Below, piece by piece: positions 7,749-15,269 of a stretch of DNA of 37,012 bases. This stretch comes from a virus. Taxonomy: Duplodnaviria; Caudoviricetes. The notes under the pieces were generated by a model. It ran no database searches. It had not been told where the DNA came from and was given only the letters and a program-made list of their open reading frames with translations. Location: IMG/VR virus record IMGVR_UViG_3300022198_001203, positions 1 to 37,012 of that record, one strand, 5' to 3'. Each line of letters opens with the position of its first letter. The stretch's first letter is position 1. The position numbers and the translations under genes are program-made.

Positions 7749-7994
7749 ATGGAAGACTTTAACGGTGTAGCCAGTGACCGATTACGTTCATTTATTGAGC
7801 GTGTAGAGCGGCTGGAACATGAAAAGAAGGTGTTAGCGGAAGACATTAAAGAAGTCTATTCCGAGGCCAAAAGCGCCGGTTTCGACGTGAAGATAATGCG
7901 GCAAATCGTCAAGCTGCGCGGTATGGACGCCAGTGACCGGCAAGAAGCCGAGGCGATCCTTGACCTTTACATGCAAGCGTTAGGAATGGTGTAA
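7749..7994 (+). CDS. gapR: GapR/DUF2312 (UPF0335) nucleoid-associated protein homologue
   Basis: [47 protein letters not shown]...[13 protein letters not shown] closely follows the GapR consensus. Confidence 0.92.
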   Translation: MEDFNGVASDRLRSFIERVERLEHEKKVLAEDIKEVYSEAKSAGFDVKIMRQIVKLRGMDASDRQEAEAILDLYMQALGMV

Positions 7995-8302
7995 TGGAGG
8001 AGGCTAAAGGCAGCAGAATGAACGCATGGAAACCCATAGTTACCGCACCAAAAAACGGTAGGCACATTGCCCTTTTAACCAAATATGGGATACGCGTAGT
8101 GGGGTTTTGGGACAATATCGATGACGACACATATTGTTGGGTCGCTACCGTCGATGGTGAGCATCCGAAGTGCTGGACCGATGGCGTTTGTTGGGCATCC
8201 AACGAAGATGATGTGCCAAGCGACCCACCGGTATTATGGGCTGAACTCCCCGCCTCCCATAGCTCCGTTTCAACCAGTACAGAAAGTGGAAATAAATCAT
8301 GA
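7994..8302 (+). CDS. Phage hypothetical protein (DUF551-like)
   Basis: [11 protein letters not shown]...P..WAELP framing typical of this small phage family. Confidence 0.7.
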   Translation: MEEAKGSRMNAWKPIVTAPKNGRHIALLTKYGIRVVGFWDNIDDDTYCWVATVDGEHPKCWTDGVCWASNEDDVPSDPPVLWAELPASHSSVSTSTESGNKS

Positions 8303-8739
8303 GTGGTAGTCTCAATAAATGCCTGCTAATAGGCAATCTTGGCCGTGACCCGGAAGTTAGGTTCTCTCAGGATGGAACAAAGATCGTCAATCTTTCCATC
8401 GCCACAAGCGAATCCTGGAAAGACAAAAACACCGGAGAGCGCAAGGAGAAAACCGAGTGGCACCGTGTAGTTATTTTCAATGACCGCCTTGCAGACGTGG
8501 CGGAGCGGTACCTTAAAAAAGGCTCCACTGTCTACCTGGAAGGCTCGCTGCAAACCCGAAAATGGACCGGACAGGACGGCGCGGAGAAATACACAACAGA
8601 GATCGTGCTGCAAAAATACCGTGGAGAGCTAACCATGCTTGGCGGCAACACTGGCAACCAAGGCGGTACGGAATATGACCAGTCGCCAACGGGCGGGAGT
8701 GTTAGCGAAGACTTAGAGGATCGTATCCCTTTTAATTGA
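8299..8739 (+). CDS. ssb: Single-stranded DNA-binding protein
   Basis: [15 protein letters not shown]...[23 protein letters not shown]...LQTRKW; acidic tail ending DRIPFN. Confidence 0.98.
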   Translation: MSGSLNKCLLIGNLGRDPEVRFSQDGTKIVNLSIATSESWKDKNTGERKEKTEWHRVVIFNDRLADVAERYLKKGSTVYLEGSLQTRKWTGQDGAEKYTTEIVLQKYRGELTMLGGNTGNQGGTEYDQSPTGGSVSEDLEDRIPFN

Positions 8740-8786
8740 ACTCTAATTCCCTTGGACTGGGTTTTTCTGAACCTGGAGTTAGAGTT
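8739..8786 (+). promoter_or_regulatory. Hairpin sequestering the RBS of the HNH gene
   Basis: AACTCTAATTCC (8739-8750) pairs with GGAGTTAGAGTT (8775-8786), which contains the GGAG RBS and ends at GTG 8787. Confidence 0.65.
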
Positions 8787-9206
8787 GTGAAGACATGTTT
8801 TAAGTGCGGAGAAGAAAAGCCGCTAACTGAATATTATAAACACAAGATGATGAATGACGGCCATCTTAATAAGTGCAAGTCGTGCGCTAAGTCTGATGTT
8901 CGCATTCATCGCAAAGAAAACGATAGTGTCCGGGAGTACGACCGCAAGAGATACAAAGAAAATCCAGAGAGAAGAAAAAAGGGGTCTGAGAACGCTGTGA
9001 GGTGGAATAAGGCGAACCCTGAGAGATACAAAGCACATTACTTGCTGTCAAACGCCGTCCGGGATGGTCGCGTAAAGAAAGGCTCTTGCGAAGAATGCGG
9101 GACAATAGAAAATATTCACGGCCATCATGACGATTACAACAAGCCTTTAGAGGTTAGGTGGCTATGCGCCAAGCATCACCACAGGCTTCATGCGAAAAAG
9201 AGTTAG
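8787..9206 (+). CDS. HNH-type Zn-finger endonuclease-like protein (likely GTG start at 8787)
   Basis: KTCFKCGEEKP...NKCKSC and CEECG....HGHHDDYNKPLEVRWLCAKHH. Confidence 0.8.
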   Translation: MKTCFKCGEEKPLTEYYKHKMMNDGHLNKCKSCAKSDVRIHRKENDSVREYDRKRYKENPERRKKGSENAVRWNKANPERYKAHYLLSNAVRDGRVKKGSCEECGTIENIHGHHDDYNKPLEVRWLCAKHHHRLHAKKS

Positions 9207-9210
9207 AGCA

Positions 9211-9405
9211 ATGGAGGAAGAGATGGATATTTGGAACAAATGCGACGTTTGCGGACGGTTTATATCTTACGAGGACTTTGCGTATGGAACAGCTACTAAC
9301 ACGCTAGTAACTCCAGAAAGCCTAACGACATATGAAACTTGGGAAACTCTTTGCCCCAAACACATAAAACCGCAACCAGCCTCTAAGAAAGACAGCGATG
9401 CTTAA
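9211..9405 (+). CDS. Small Cys-containing hypothetical protein
   Basis: KCDVCGRFI...LCPKH. Confidence 0.65.
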   Translation: MEEEMDIWNKCDVCGRFISYEDFAYGTATNTLVTPESLTTYETWETLCPKHIKPQPASKKDSDA

Positions 9406-9435
9406 TCCTAAAACACCGAGCTTAAAGGAGAAATC

Positions 9436-9663
9436 ATGACAGACCCAATGAACGAGGCGTTGCACGCCTTATTCGATGCAGAGGCCAGCTACAAAGAGGC
9501 TTGCCAGGAGGTTGATACGGCGAACCGCAGGAAAACCGCTTGTCTGAATAAGCTAAACGAAGCCCGAAAATATTTCGACACGGTAATCGAAGCTATCAGG
9601 GCCAGAACAGGACGAGACAGCGATTGGTGGAACGAGCGCCGTGAGAAGAAAATAGCAAGATAA
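9436..9663 (+). CDS. Hypothetical coiled-coil protein
   Basis: AAGGAG RBS; 75-aa helical ORF. Confidence 0.75.
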   Translation: MTDPMNEALHALFDAEASYKEACQEVDTANRRKTACLNKLNEARKYFDTVIEAIRARTGRDSDWWNERREKKIAR

Positions 9664-9674
9664 AGGAGTCTATA

Positions 9675-9959
9675 ATGGCTAAACCAATCAAAGACAAAAA
9701 GCACCTTGCTCGCGTGGCGGAAATGCCGTGCTGTTGCTGCGGACGCCAGCCGGTACAGGTTCACCACCTTCTACGCGGTGGCAATAGGGGAATGGGCATT
9801 AAAAACGGTGATGATATGACAATACCTCTTTGCCCGTTCCACCACGCAACCTTGCACAACGATGGCAACAAAAGCTTGGACGAAACCGAGTTCCTGGCAA
9901 TACACGGGGTCAACGGGCCAAGGCTTGCGGCTAGGCTATGGAGTGAAAGCAATAGCTAA
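9675..9959 (+). CDS. DUF968/Ref-like HNH-type protein
   Basis: HLARVAEMPCCCCG....VHHL....GMGIK.GD..TIPLCPFHH. Confidence 0.8.
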   Translation: MAKPIKDKKHLARVAEMPCCCCGRQPVQVHHLLRGGNRGMGIKNGDDMTIPLCPFHHATLHNDGNKSLDETEFLAIHGVNGPRLAARLWSESNS

Positions 9960-10338
9960 ACCGATGATTATATCAAACGAAGCCTCCCGCGCTTTCGTGG
10001 CTCAGTTTATCTCTGAGCTAAACCCTGAGCGTAAATGGTCGGTGGAGGTTAAGCAGTTCCGCAAGAAACGCAGCCTTGACCAGAACGCATTGTATTGGAA
10101 ATGGCTTGGTATTGTGGCGGAAAACAGCGAACACAGTGCCGACGATTTGCACGAAGCTTTCAAGGCGATGTTTCTTGAACCCAAGGAGGTCATGGGAAAG
10201 CTTGTCTATACGTCTAAGGACAAATCAACAGAGGTATTCAGCCGGTATATGAGCAAGGTTGGAGCCTACATAAACAGCGATTTCGGTATATGGCTCCCGC
10301 ATCCAGAGGATCAGCATAATGAATATCAATCAAAATAA
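9943..10338 (+). CDS. NinB/Orf-like recombination protein (start uncertain, GTG 9943 or ATG 9964)
   Basis: KKRSLDQNALYWKWL..VAE......DDLHEAFKAMFL...STEVFSRYM. Confidence 0.75.
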   Translation: MKAIAKPMIISNEASRAFVAQFISELNPERKWSVEVKQFRKKRSLDQNALYWKWLGIVAENSEHSADDLHEAFKAMFLEPKEVMGKLVYTSKDKSTEVFSRYMSKVGAYINSDFGIWLPHPEDQHNEYQSK

Positions 10339-10447
10339 AATCGTGAAATTTGTCGATTTTGCTATGACTGTATCATACTTTATGGTAATAATATTCATTG
10401 GCGCAGGGTGTAGCATATTATCTCTCGCCATTACTGCGCTACTATAG
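10319..10447 (+). CDS. Small membrane protein (42 aa)
   Basis: Read manually: MNINQNKIVKFVDFAMTVSYFMVIIFIGAGCSILSLAITALL; GAGGA RBS; AT-rich. Confidence 0.5.
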   Translation: MNINQNKIVKFVDFAMTVSYFMVIIFIGAGCSILSLAITALL

Positions 10448-10556
10448 CCCAACAACGGGTATAACCGGCCCCCGGAAGACCAGCGGGACAGAGGCCAATT
10501 TAAGAGGCCATGAACAGATTGAGATTGAATAAACCGAGAATTTAGGTGTTGAACAG

Positions 10557-10597
10557 GAAGCGCGGGCTTCCCTCCCCCGGATACCCGCCTTCTTTTT
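10557..10597 (+). terminator. Terminator-like hairpin with a C-rich loop
   Basis: GAAG(C)GCGGG / CCCGCCTTC stem, loop CTTCCCTCCCCCGGATA, followed by TTTTT. Confidence 0.5.
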
Positions 10598-10636
10598 AGA
10601 CCGCATTTTCAGTGCGGCCCAAAAAGGAGATTAGCA

Positions 10637-10669
10637 ATGAGTAGAATTGTAAATTGGTTTTCATGCGGT
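10637..10669 (+). pseudogene. N-terminal remnant of a PAPS-reductase-like (PP-loop) phage gene, in frame with queD
   Basis: AAGGAG RBS plus MSRIVNWFSCG, resembling the start of phage PP-loop proteins (RIVxWFSCGAAS) but breaking off; queD has its own RBS downstream. Confidence 0.55.
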
Positions 10670-10699
10670 CCAAACCGGACTCAAAGAGGAGCAAAAATA

Positions 10700-11053
10700 A
10701 TGCGAACGACGATTTGCAAACAGTACCACTTTGAAGCCGCACACCGACTGCCAAAGGTGCCGGACGGTCACAAGTGCCAAAACCTTCACGGTCATAACTA
10801 CCGAGTGGACGTGCACTTGAGCGGGCCGGTCGATTGGAGCGGGTTTGTTCGTGATTTTGCAGACATTGACCGCGCTATGACGCGCCCGCTTGAGAAAGTA
10901 GACCACCGCTTTCTTAATGAGGTTGAGGGACTAGAAAACCCCACAGCAGAAGTTATTGCGGCTTGGTTTTATCAGCGCCTCGAAAACGTCTTGCCAGTCT
11001 CAAAAATTCGCGTATGGGAAACACCGGAATGTTGGGCGGAGGTAGCCAAGTGA
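10700..11053 (+). CDS. queD: 6-carboxy-5,6,7,8-tetrahydropterin synthase
   Basis: FEAAHRLP...GHKCQNLHGHNYRV...DHRFLNEV.GLENPTAEVIA.W...VWETP; AGAGGAG RBS before ATG at 10700. Confidence 0.95.
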   Translation: MRTTICKQYHFEAAHRLPKVPDGHKCQNLHGHNYRVDVHLSGPVDWSGFVRDFADIDRAMTRPLEKVDHRFLNEVEGLENPTAEVIAAWFYQRLENVLPVSKIRVWETPECWAEVAK

Positions 11054-11724
11054 TCCACTATCACTGCGCCGACATTCACCCTGTAAACAAATGCCTGGAG
11101 CTTGGCGGGAGACATTTGCTTGTTTCCCACGCCTACCCTGGACGGGTGCGGTTGGCCCATGAAATTGGGCAATCCGTTTTGCTGGATAACGGGGCCTTTT
11201 CAAAGTGGCGCAGTGGTAAGGATACCAACTGGTCAGAGTACTACAATTGGGCTGACGAATGGCTATGTTGTCCGACCACTTGGGCAATCATCCCGGATGT
11301 AATCGACGCCGGACACGAGGCCCAAGACGCCCTAATTACAGAGTGGCCCCACGGTCAAAGGGGCGCGCCGGTTTGGCACACGGATGAACCGCTAGGTCGC
11401 CTTTTGCGCCTTTGCGATGAATGGCCGAAGGTCTGCCTTGGTTCAAGCGGGCAGCACCCCATCAATTCCACCGCATGGAAGCACGTAATGGATTTGGCTT
11501 TCAATGCCGTAACGGCACGGCATAGCCGGTTGCCGTGGCTCCACGGTTTGAGAATGCAAGGCGTCGGTGCCAATTACCCTTTTGGGTCCGTGGACAGCGC
11601 CGACATAGCCCGCAACAACAACCGCCCGCAAAACAGCATCAACAAGATGGCCGATAAATGGGACCGGCAGCAACCGCCGATCCGTTGGAGCGTGCGGCCA
11701 GAGCAACAGGACTTAATCGCGTGA
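11050..11724 (+). CDS. TGT-fold transglycosylase-like protein (DpdA-like), GTG start overlapping the queD stop
   Basis: LLDNGAFS, IPDVID, PVWH, VCLGSS, LHGLR and SVDSA occur in TGT/DpdA motif order, with both putative catalytic Asp residues. Confidence 0.75.
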   Translation: MIHYHCADIHPVNKCLELGGRHLLVSHAYPGRVRLAHEIGQSVLLDNGAFSKWRSGKDTNWSEYYNWADEWLCCPTTWAIIPDVIDAGHEAQDALITEWPHGQRGAPVWHTDEPLGRLLRLCDEWPKVCLGSSGQHPINSTAWKHVMDLAFNAVTARHSRLPWLHGLRMQGVGANYPFGSVDSADIARNNNRPQNSINKMADKWDRQQPPIRWSVRPEQQDLIA

Positions 11725-11751
11725 AACAATTGTCCGAGAAAGGTGAACCCT

Positions 11752-12216
11752 ATGAGAGCGTGTAAATACTGCATCTATTGCAGTCCCTTAACTCACCGCG
11801 AAGACGCCGCGTGTGAATGCCGAGTTAATCCACCCAAAACAGATGGTGCAGCCGCATCTATTGTAGGGGCAGACCCGCAGTGGGGGCTGTTCCCTATGGT
11901 TGGTGAAGACTGGTGGTGTGGGGCGTTTTCTGAGTGTTTTCCTCATGAAAGGGTAGGGAAACCGGACCCAGAAACGGCAGAAACCGGGCAAGAGCCGCAA
12001 TACTCCGAACCAGTTGGAACTGCTCAAGACGGTCAGGAAATCGACCAACCGAGTCCGAGTGAAAGTTCGGCCCAACGTATGGGGTTTACCGACCGAAAAA
12101 TATCGGACAATCCAGAGCTTAACGCCCTCGTTGAAGAGGCGAGAAAGCATCCCGCAACCGAAGAAGAATTGGCTATTCAGCGCGAGAACTACGCCAAGAA
12201 TTTCATAGCAGATTAA
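11752..12216 (+). CDS. Cys-rich hypothetical protein with acidic tail
   Basis: CKYC...ECRVNPP...FPMVGEDWWCGAF pattern common in small phage proteins. Confidence 0.75.
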   Translation: MRACKYCIYCSPLTHREDAACECRVNPPKTDGAAASIVGADPQWGLFPMVGEDWWCGAFSECFPHERVGKPDPETAETGQEPQYSEPVGTAQDGQEIDQPSPSESSAQRMGFTDRKISDNPELNALVEEARKHPATEEELAIQRENYAKNFIAD

Positions 12217-12230
12217 AGGAGGATTTGAAC

Positions 12231-12395
12231 TTGTCTGAATGGCCCCCAGAAAACCTAGTCCACATCGCTTTAGCAAAACTGGACCCTAAAATTTTAACTA
12301 GCCCCGATGGAAAGCGCGTCGATATAAGCTTACAAGCCATTTGCAAAATACTAGCCGACCCACCGCCGATGTTGGCGCGGAAACTAGATGGATAA
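12231..12395 (+). CDS. Small hypothetical protein (54 aa, TTG start)
   Basis: AAGGAGG RBS about 7 nt before TTG; open frame to TAA at 12395. Confidence 0.45.
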   Translation: MSEWPPENLVHIALAKLDPKILTSPDGKRVDISLQAICKILADPPPMLARKLDG

Positions 12396-12440
12396 AGGTT
12401 AACCCTTATCCTTCCAAACCTTAACGCCTTTCAGTGAAGG

Positions 12441-12848
12441 TCATTTCTTCAACTTATCAACAGTCCTCGCCCCGGCGTAGCCAAGATAACCAGCACCGAA
12501 CAGGGTGTAAAGGCTGTCAGGAATAGCGTGGAGCCAACTTGTAAAGCCATCGGTGAATGACAATGCAACATCAGGCGCAAACGCCCAGACGACACCCATC
12601 GGAATACTCGCCAGGATCAGGATATAGATTACGTAAAGGAAGGTTGGTCTTGCTCTGCTCGTCCACGGGTCGCTGCTTTGCGCCTCGGCAAGAATTGCAG
12701 ATAACCGAACTTCCATATCCTTCAAAGCCCCATCTTGCTGAAGCTTCAATAACTTTGCCTTCGCTTTTGCTTTCTCTTCGTCGGTTTCGATAACATCGTC
12801 AAGCAGGTTTCCAATAATAGGAAGGGCGGCGGTGAGTAATCCGATCAT
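12441..12848 (-). CDS. Holin (3TM, GTA-type holin family)
   Basis: LPIIGNLLD.VI...EEKAKA...AEAQSSDPWTSRARPTFLYV, TM segments, GYLGYAGARTVDK; next to endolysin. Confidence 0.85.
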   Translation of the reverse strand: MIGLLTAALPIIGNLLDDVIETDEEKAKAKAKLLKLQQDGALKDMEVRLSAILAEAQSSDPWTSRARPTFLYVIYILILASIPMGVVWAFAPDVALSFTDGFTSWLHAIPDSLYTLFGAGYLGYAGARTVDKLKK

Positions 12849-13228
12849 GAGTAATTCCATTGTGTTGGACGTGGCGCAAACTCATGCCCATCGTCTACGT
12901 GAATAAACGAATTAGCTATACCGATACCCTGCATCTGGCATCGGAACGCAGCCTGGAGAACCTTGAACCTAGTGTAACCATCAGTAGCCTGGATATCCGC
13001 AGCTAGGCCTTGGTTATGCGCCCCAGGATTATCCTTCTTGGCCTCTTCCGGGTGCTTGCGACACCGGTATCCTGAATTGATTTTGATCGGCCCTAGCATC
13101 GTCCTCATGGCTTGGAGCTTTTCCATAAATTCTTGCTTCATGTGGACCTCACCGTTGCAGTTAGGGCACCGACAAGACATTTCCTCGAACGTAAAATTGG
13201 GTGTGGTATCAGGGTTCCATTCGGTCAT
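12845..13228 (-). CDS. Endolysin, peptidase M15A family
   Basis: NFTFEEMSCRC...INSGYRC..H...GAHNQGLAADI...GIG....FIHVD. Confidence 0.92.
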   Translation of the reverse strand: MTEWNPDTTPNFTFEEMSCRCPNCNGEVHMKQEFMEKLQAMRTMLGPIKINSGYRCRKHPEEAKKDNPGAHNQGLAADIQATDGYTRFKVLQAAFRCQMQGIGIANSFIHVDDGHEFAPRPTQWNYS

Positions 13229-13335
13229 TTGGACAGTCTCTCCCGCTTCTTACAAAACCTAATGATTGACACGGCGGCCACTGCCCATATCGCAATTGAC
13301 AGAGCCAGCACTTCAGCTTCCGTAAAACCTGCCAT
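13225..13335 (-). CDS. Small single-TM protein with basic tail (36 aa)
   Basis: Read manually: MAGFTEAEVLALSIAIWAVAAVSIIRFCKKRERLSK; ATGA overlap with endolysin. Confidence 0.5.
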   Translation of the reverse strand: MAGFTEAEVLALSIAIWAVAAVSIIRFCKKRERLSK

Positions 13336-13336
13336 G

Positions 13337-13561
13337 TCATTTCTCCAACCGCTCAACAGCCGCCTTGATCACGGCTATGTCCTGGGCCATTTGCTCGGTC
13401 TTTGATAACTTAGCCCACATCGCCGACTTGCTGGTTTCAAGGTTTTGTATGCGGTTGTCTAGTTCGCCAGCCTCGTAAGCAATACCAGCAATTGCAGCAA
13501 CAACAGTTATGGCGAGGCCCAAGGTAATCTTCGTATGTTGTTGGTCAATTACGCTAGTCAT
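13337..13561 (-). CDS. Small TM plus coiled-coil protein (lysis region)
   Basis: N-terminal TM followed by heptads (DIAVIKAAVERLEK). Confidence 0.75.
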   Translation of the reverse strand: MTSVIDQQHTKITLGLAITVVAAIAGIAYEAGELDNRIQNLETSKSAMWAKLSKTEQMAQDIAVIKAAVERLEK

Positions 13562-13845
13562 TATTTAACTCCTAGCTTTCCTTGTATACCATACCAAATA
13601 GCACCTACTAAGCCGATGGCCGCAGCACCAACAACACCTAGCAAAAACTTGTTCGCCACAATCCGCAGCGTTTTGCCAAACCGCAAATCTTCGCGGAACG
13701 CCTCGACCTCTTTGGGATTATCAATATCCACACCGAGGATGGCGAAAACTTTCTTCACCGCAGCATCGGCAGCGTCTTCTGCCATGACGCAATACTCCTT
13801 GTGATCTTCAAAACACCTCTTGTGGTGTTGCGGTTTCGTTTCCAT
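13561..13845 (-). CDS. Small protein with C-terminal TM (lysis region)
   Basis: AVKKVFAILGVDIDNP.EVEAFREDLRF followed by a TM segment. Confidence 0.75.
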   Translation of the reverse strand: METKPQHHKRCFEDHKEYCVMAEDAADAAVKKVFAILGVDIDNPKEVEAFREDLRFGKTLRIVANKFLLGVVGAAAIGLVGAIWYGIQGKLGVK

Positions 13846-13878
13846 GTTCTCAGCCCTCAGTATGGGATTATTGTTTTA

Positions 13879-14517
13879 TTATTCTGTCCAGGTTATGGCA
13901 TTAACGTCTTCGACTGTCAGCGCCGCAGTTACAGCAGCATCTTTCATGGCCTCTTTCTCAAACAGCCCTTTAATGAACACCAACACAGCATCAGCCAGAA
14001 AAATGATTGTCGGGCTTGTAAGCATGACGAAGCCGTTATCAGCTTTCCAGGTCAGTGTGTACTCAGGATCTTCTTTGGCTACGATACGCGCAGCTACAAG
14101 TTTGGTCTGGCTCTCGCGATCAGTGGCTACTGTGACGCCGTTCACATCAAGCCCGCCGACTTCTTCCTCGTAACGAGCAGAGGCAAGCTCTTGACGTTTG
14201 ACTTGCTTCATCAGTTCTAGCGGAGTGTAAGTGATAGGTGCTACATAGTCAGGATCATCTTGCCACGTGGCGGCACGAGTGACTTTCGCACCATCAAAGG
14301 TTTCAGACTTTTCACCTACAGCCATTTTACCTTCTGGGGGAGAAGGTTCATCTAACGAGTATAAACCAAACAAATGAGCCGTTCCGTTACGGAATACATC
14401 ATTAGAAAGAGTGGCACCCAATATGGCATTGAGTTCCTTGTTGACCCTTGCCCCTTCCCAAAGGATAGGTAAGCCATACGAACCGGCATCGAGTTTTGTT
14501 AAAAGTACGTGTTTCAT
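13879..14517 (-). CDS. DUF4376-like tail-fibre-associated protein
   Basis: ARYEEEVGG.DVNG..VATDRESQ...WKADNGFV.L...DVNAITW. Confidence 0.8.
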   Translation of the reverse strand: MKHVLLTKLDAGSYGLPILWEGARVNKELNAILGATLSNDVFRNGTAHLFGLYSLDEPSPPEGKMAVGEKSETFDGAKVTRAATWQDDPDYVAPITYTPLELMKQVKRQELASARYEEEVGGLDVNGVTVATDRESQTKLVAARIVAKEDPEYTLTWKADNGFVMLTSPTIIFLADAVLVFIKGLFEKEAMKDAAVTAALTVEDVNAITWTE

Positions 14518-14525
14518 AATGGCCT

Positions 14526-15269
14526 CTACGTTGGTACTGTTGTGGATTGCGTTACGCCGTTATTGGTGAAATGGTTGTCATTTCCAGAGCTATCAGCGCC
14601 AAGGTCGCCACTGTCTAAAAATTGAAGCCAAAAGCCGTTATTGCCAAAGGTCAATCCTGATATATCGATAGGTAATCCACCAGATGCGTAAGCAGACGGG
14701 GCGTTTAGTTGACCGTCACAGTAAGAGAACTGGTGGATCAATCCGTCTATCCTTTGCCCCGACGTGTCATTAGGCGTGGCACCGATCATGCTTTGGTTGC
14801 TCGCGGCAGCCCATCGCATAACTACGTCAGATATACCGGCATCAACAGTTGGAGGTGTTATCTCTGTACCATTCACAAAGAACTTCATCCGGTCGGCAGT
14901 GGTCCCGTTGGAACGGTCATACTGTACGGTTATTTGGTACCACGTTGAAGTGGATAGTGCTTGCGTGTATCTGTGCTGACCACCAATCGTTGCCGCAAAC
15001 TCTTGTGTGAATTGTAAGCTCCCGCCGTTGACATAGTTGAAGCTGTCTTCGTCTGCATTCGTTCCCGATGAGTTGGCGGCATAATGAGCCTGAGTTGTCG
15101 GGGTGCCTACGTTATTAGCATAAAACCAGTAGTTAACAGTGCCCTTTTTGCCGTCAGAAGCAGCGCCGAAATCGGACTTAACTAAGTACTCACCAGAAGC
15201 ATTCGCCAAGATAGACTTAGTATTATCAAATAGTGAGGACGGCAAAAAACCGCCGTGTCTAAGAAACAT
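14526..15269 (-). CDS. LamG/concanavalin-like tail fibre or receptor-binding protein
   Basis: STWYQITV.YD......DRMKFFVNG...FGNNGFWLQF..SGDLGADSSGNDNHFT. Confidence 0.75.
   Translation of the reverse strand: MFLRHGGFLPSSLFDNTKSILANASGEYLVKSDFGAASDGKKGTVNYWFYANNVGTPTTQAHYAANSSGTNADEDSFNYVNGGSLQFTQEFAATIGGQHRYTQALSTSTWYQITVQYDRSNGTTADRMKFFVNGTEITPPTVDAGISDVVMRWAAASNQSMIGATPNDTSGQRIDGLIHQFSYCDGQLNAPSAYASGGLPIDISGLTFGNNGFWLQFLDSGDLGADSSGNDNHFTNNGVTQSTTVPT

Noticed and set aside
10963-11049. 29-aa N-terminal extension of the DpdA-like ORF given by the ORF track
   Set aside because: Overlaps queD out of frame; the GTG at 11050 coupled to the queD stop gives a more plausible start (MIHYH)
12396-12440. 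attP site or CtrA box at the convergence of the two operons
   Set aside because: No integrase in the window, no clear core repeat, and the TTAA half-sites are not spaced TTAA-N7-TTAA
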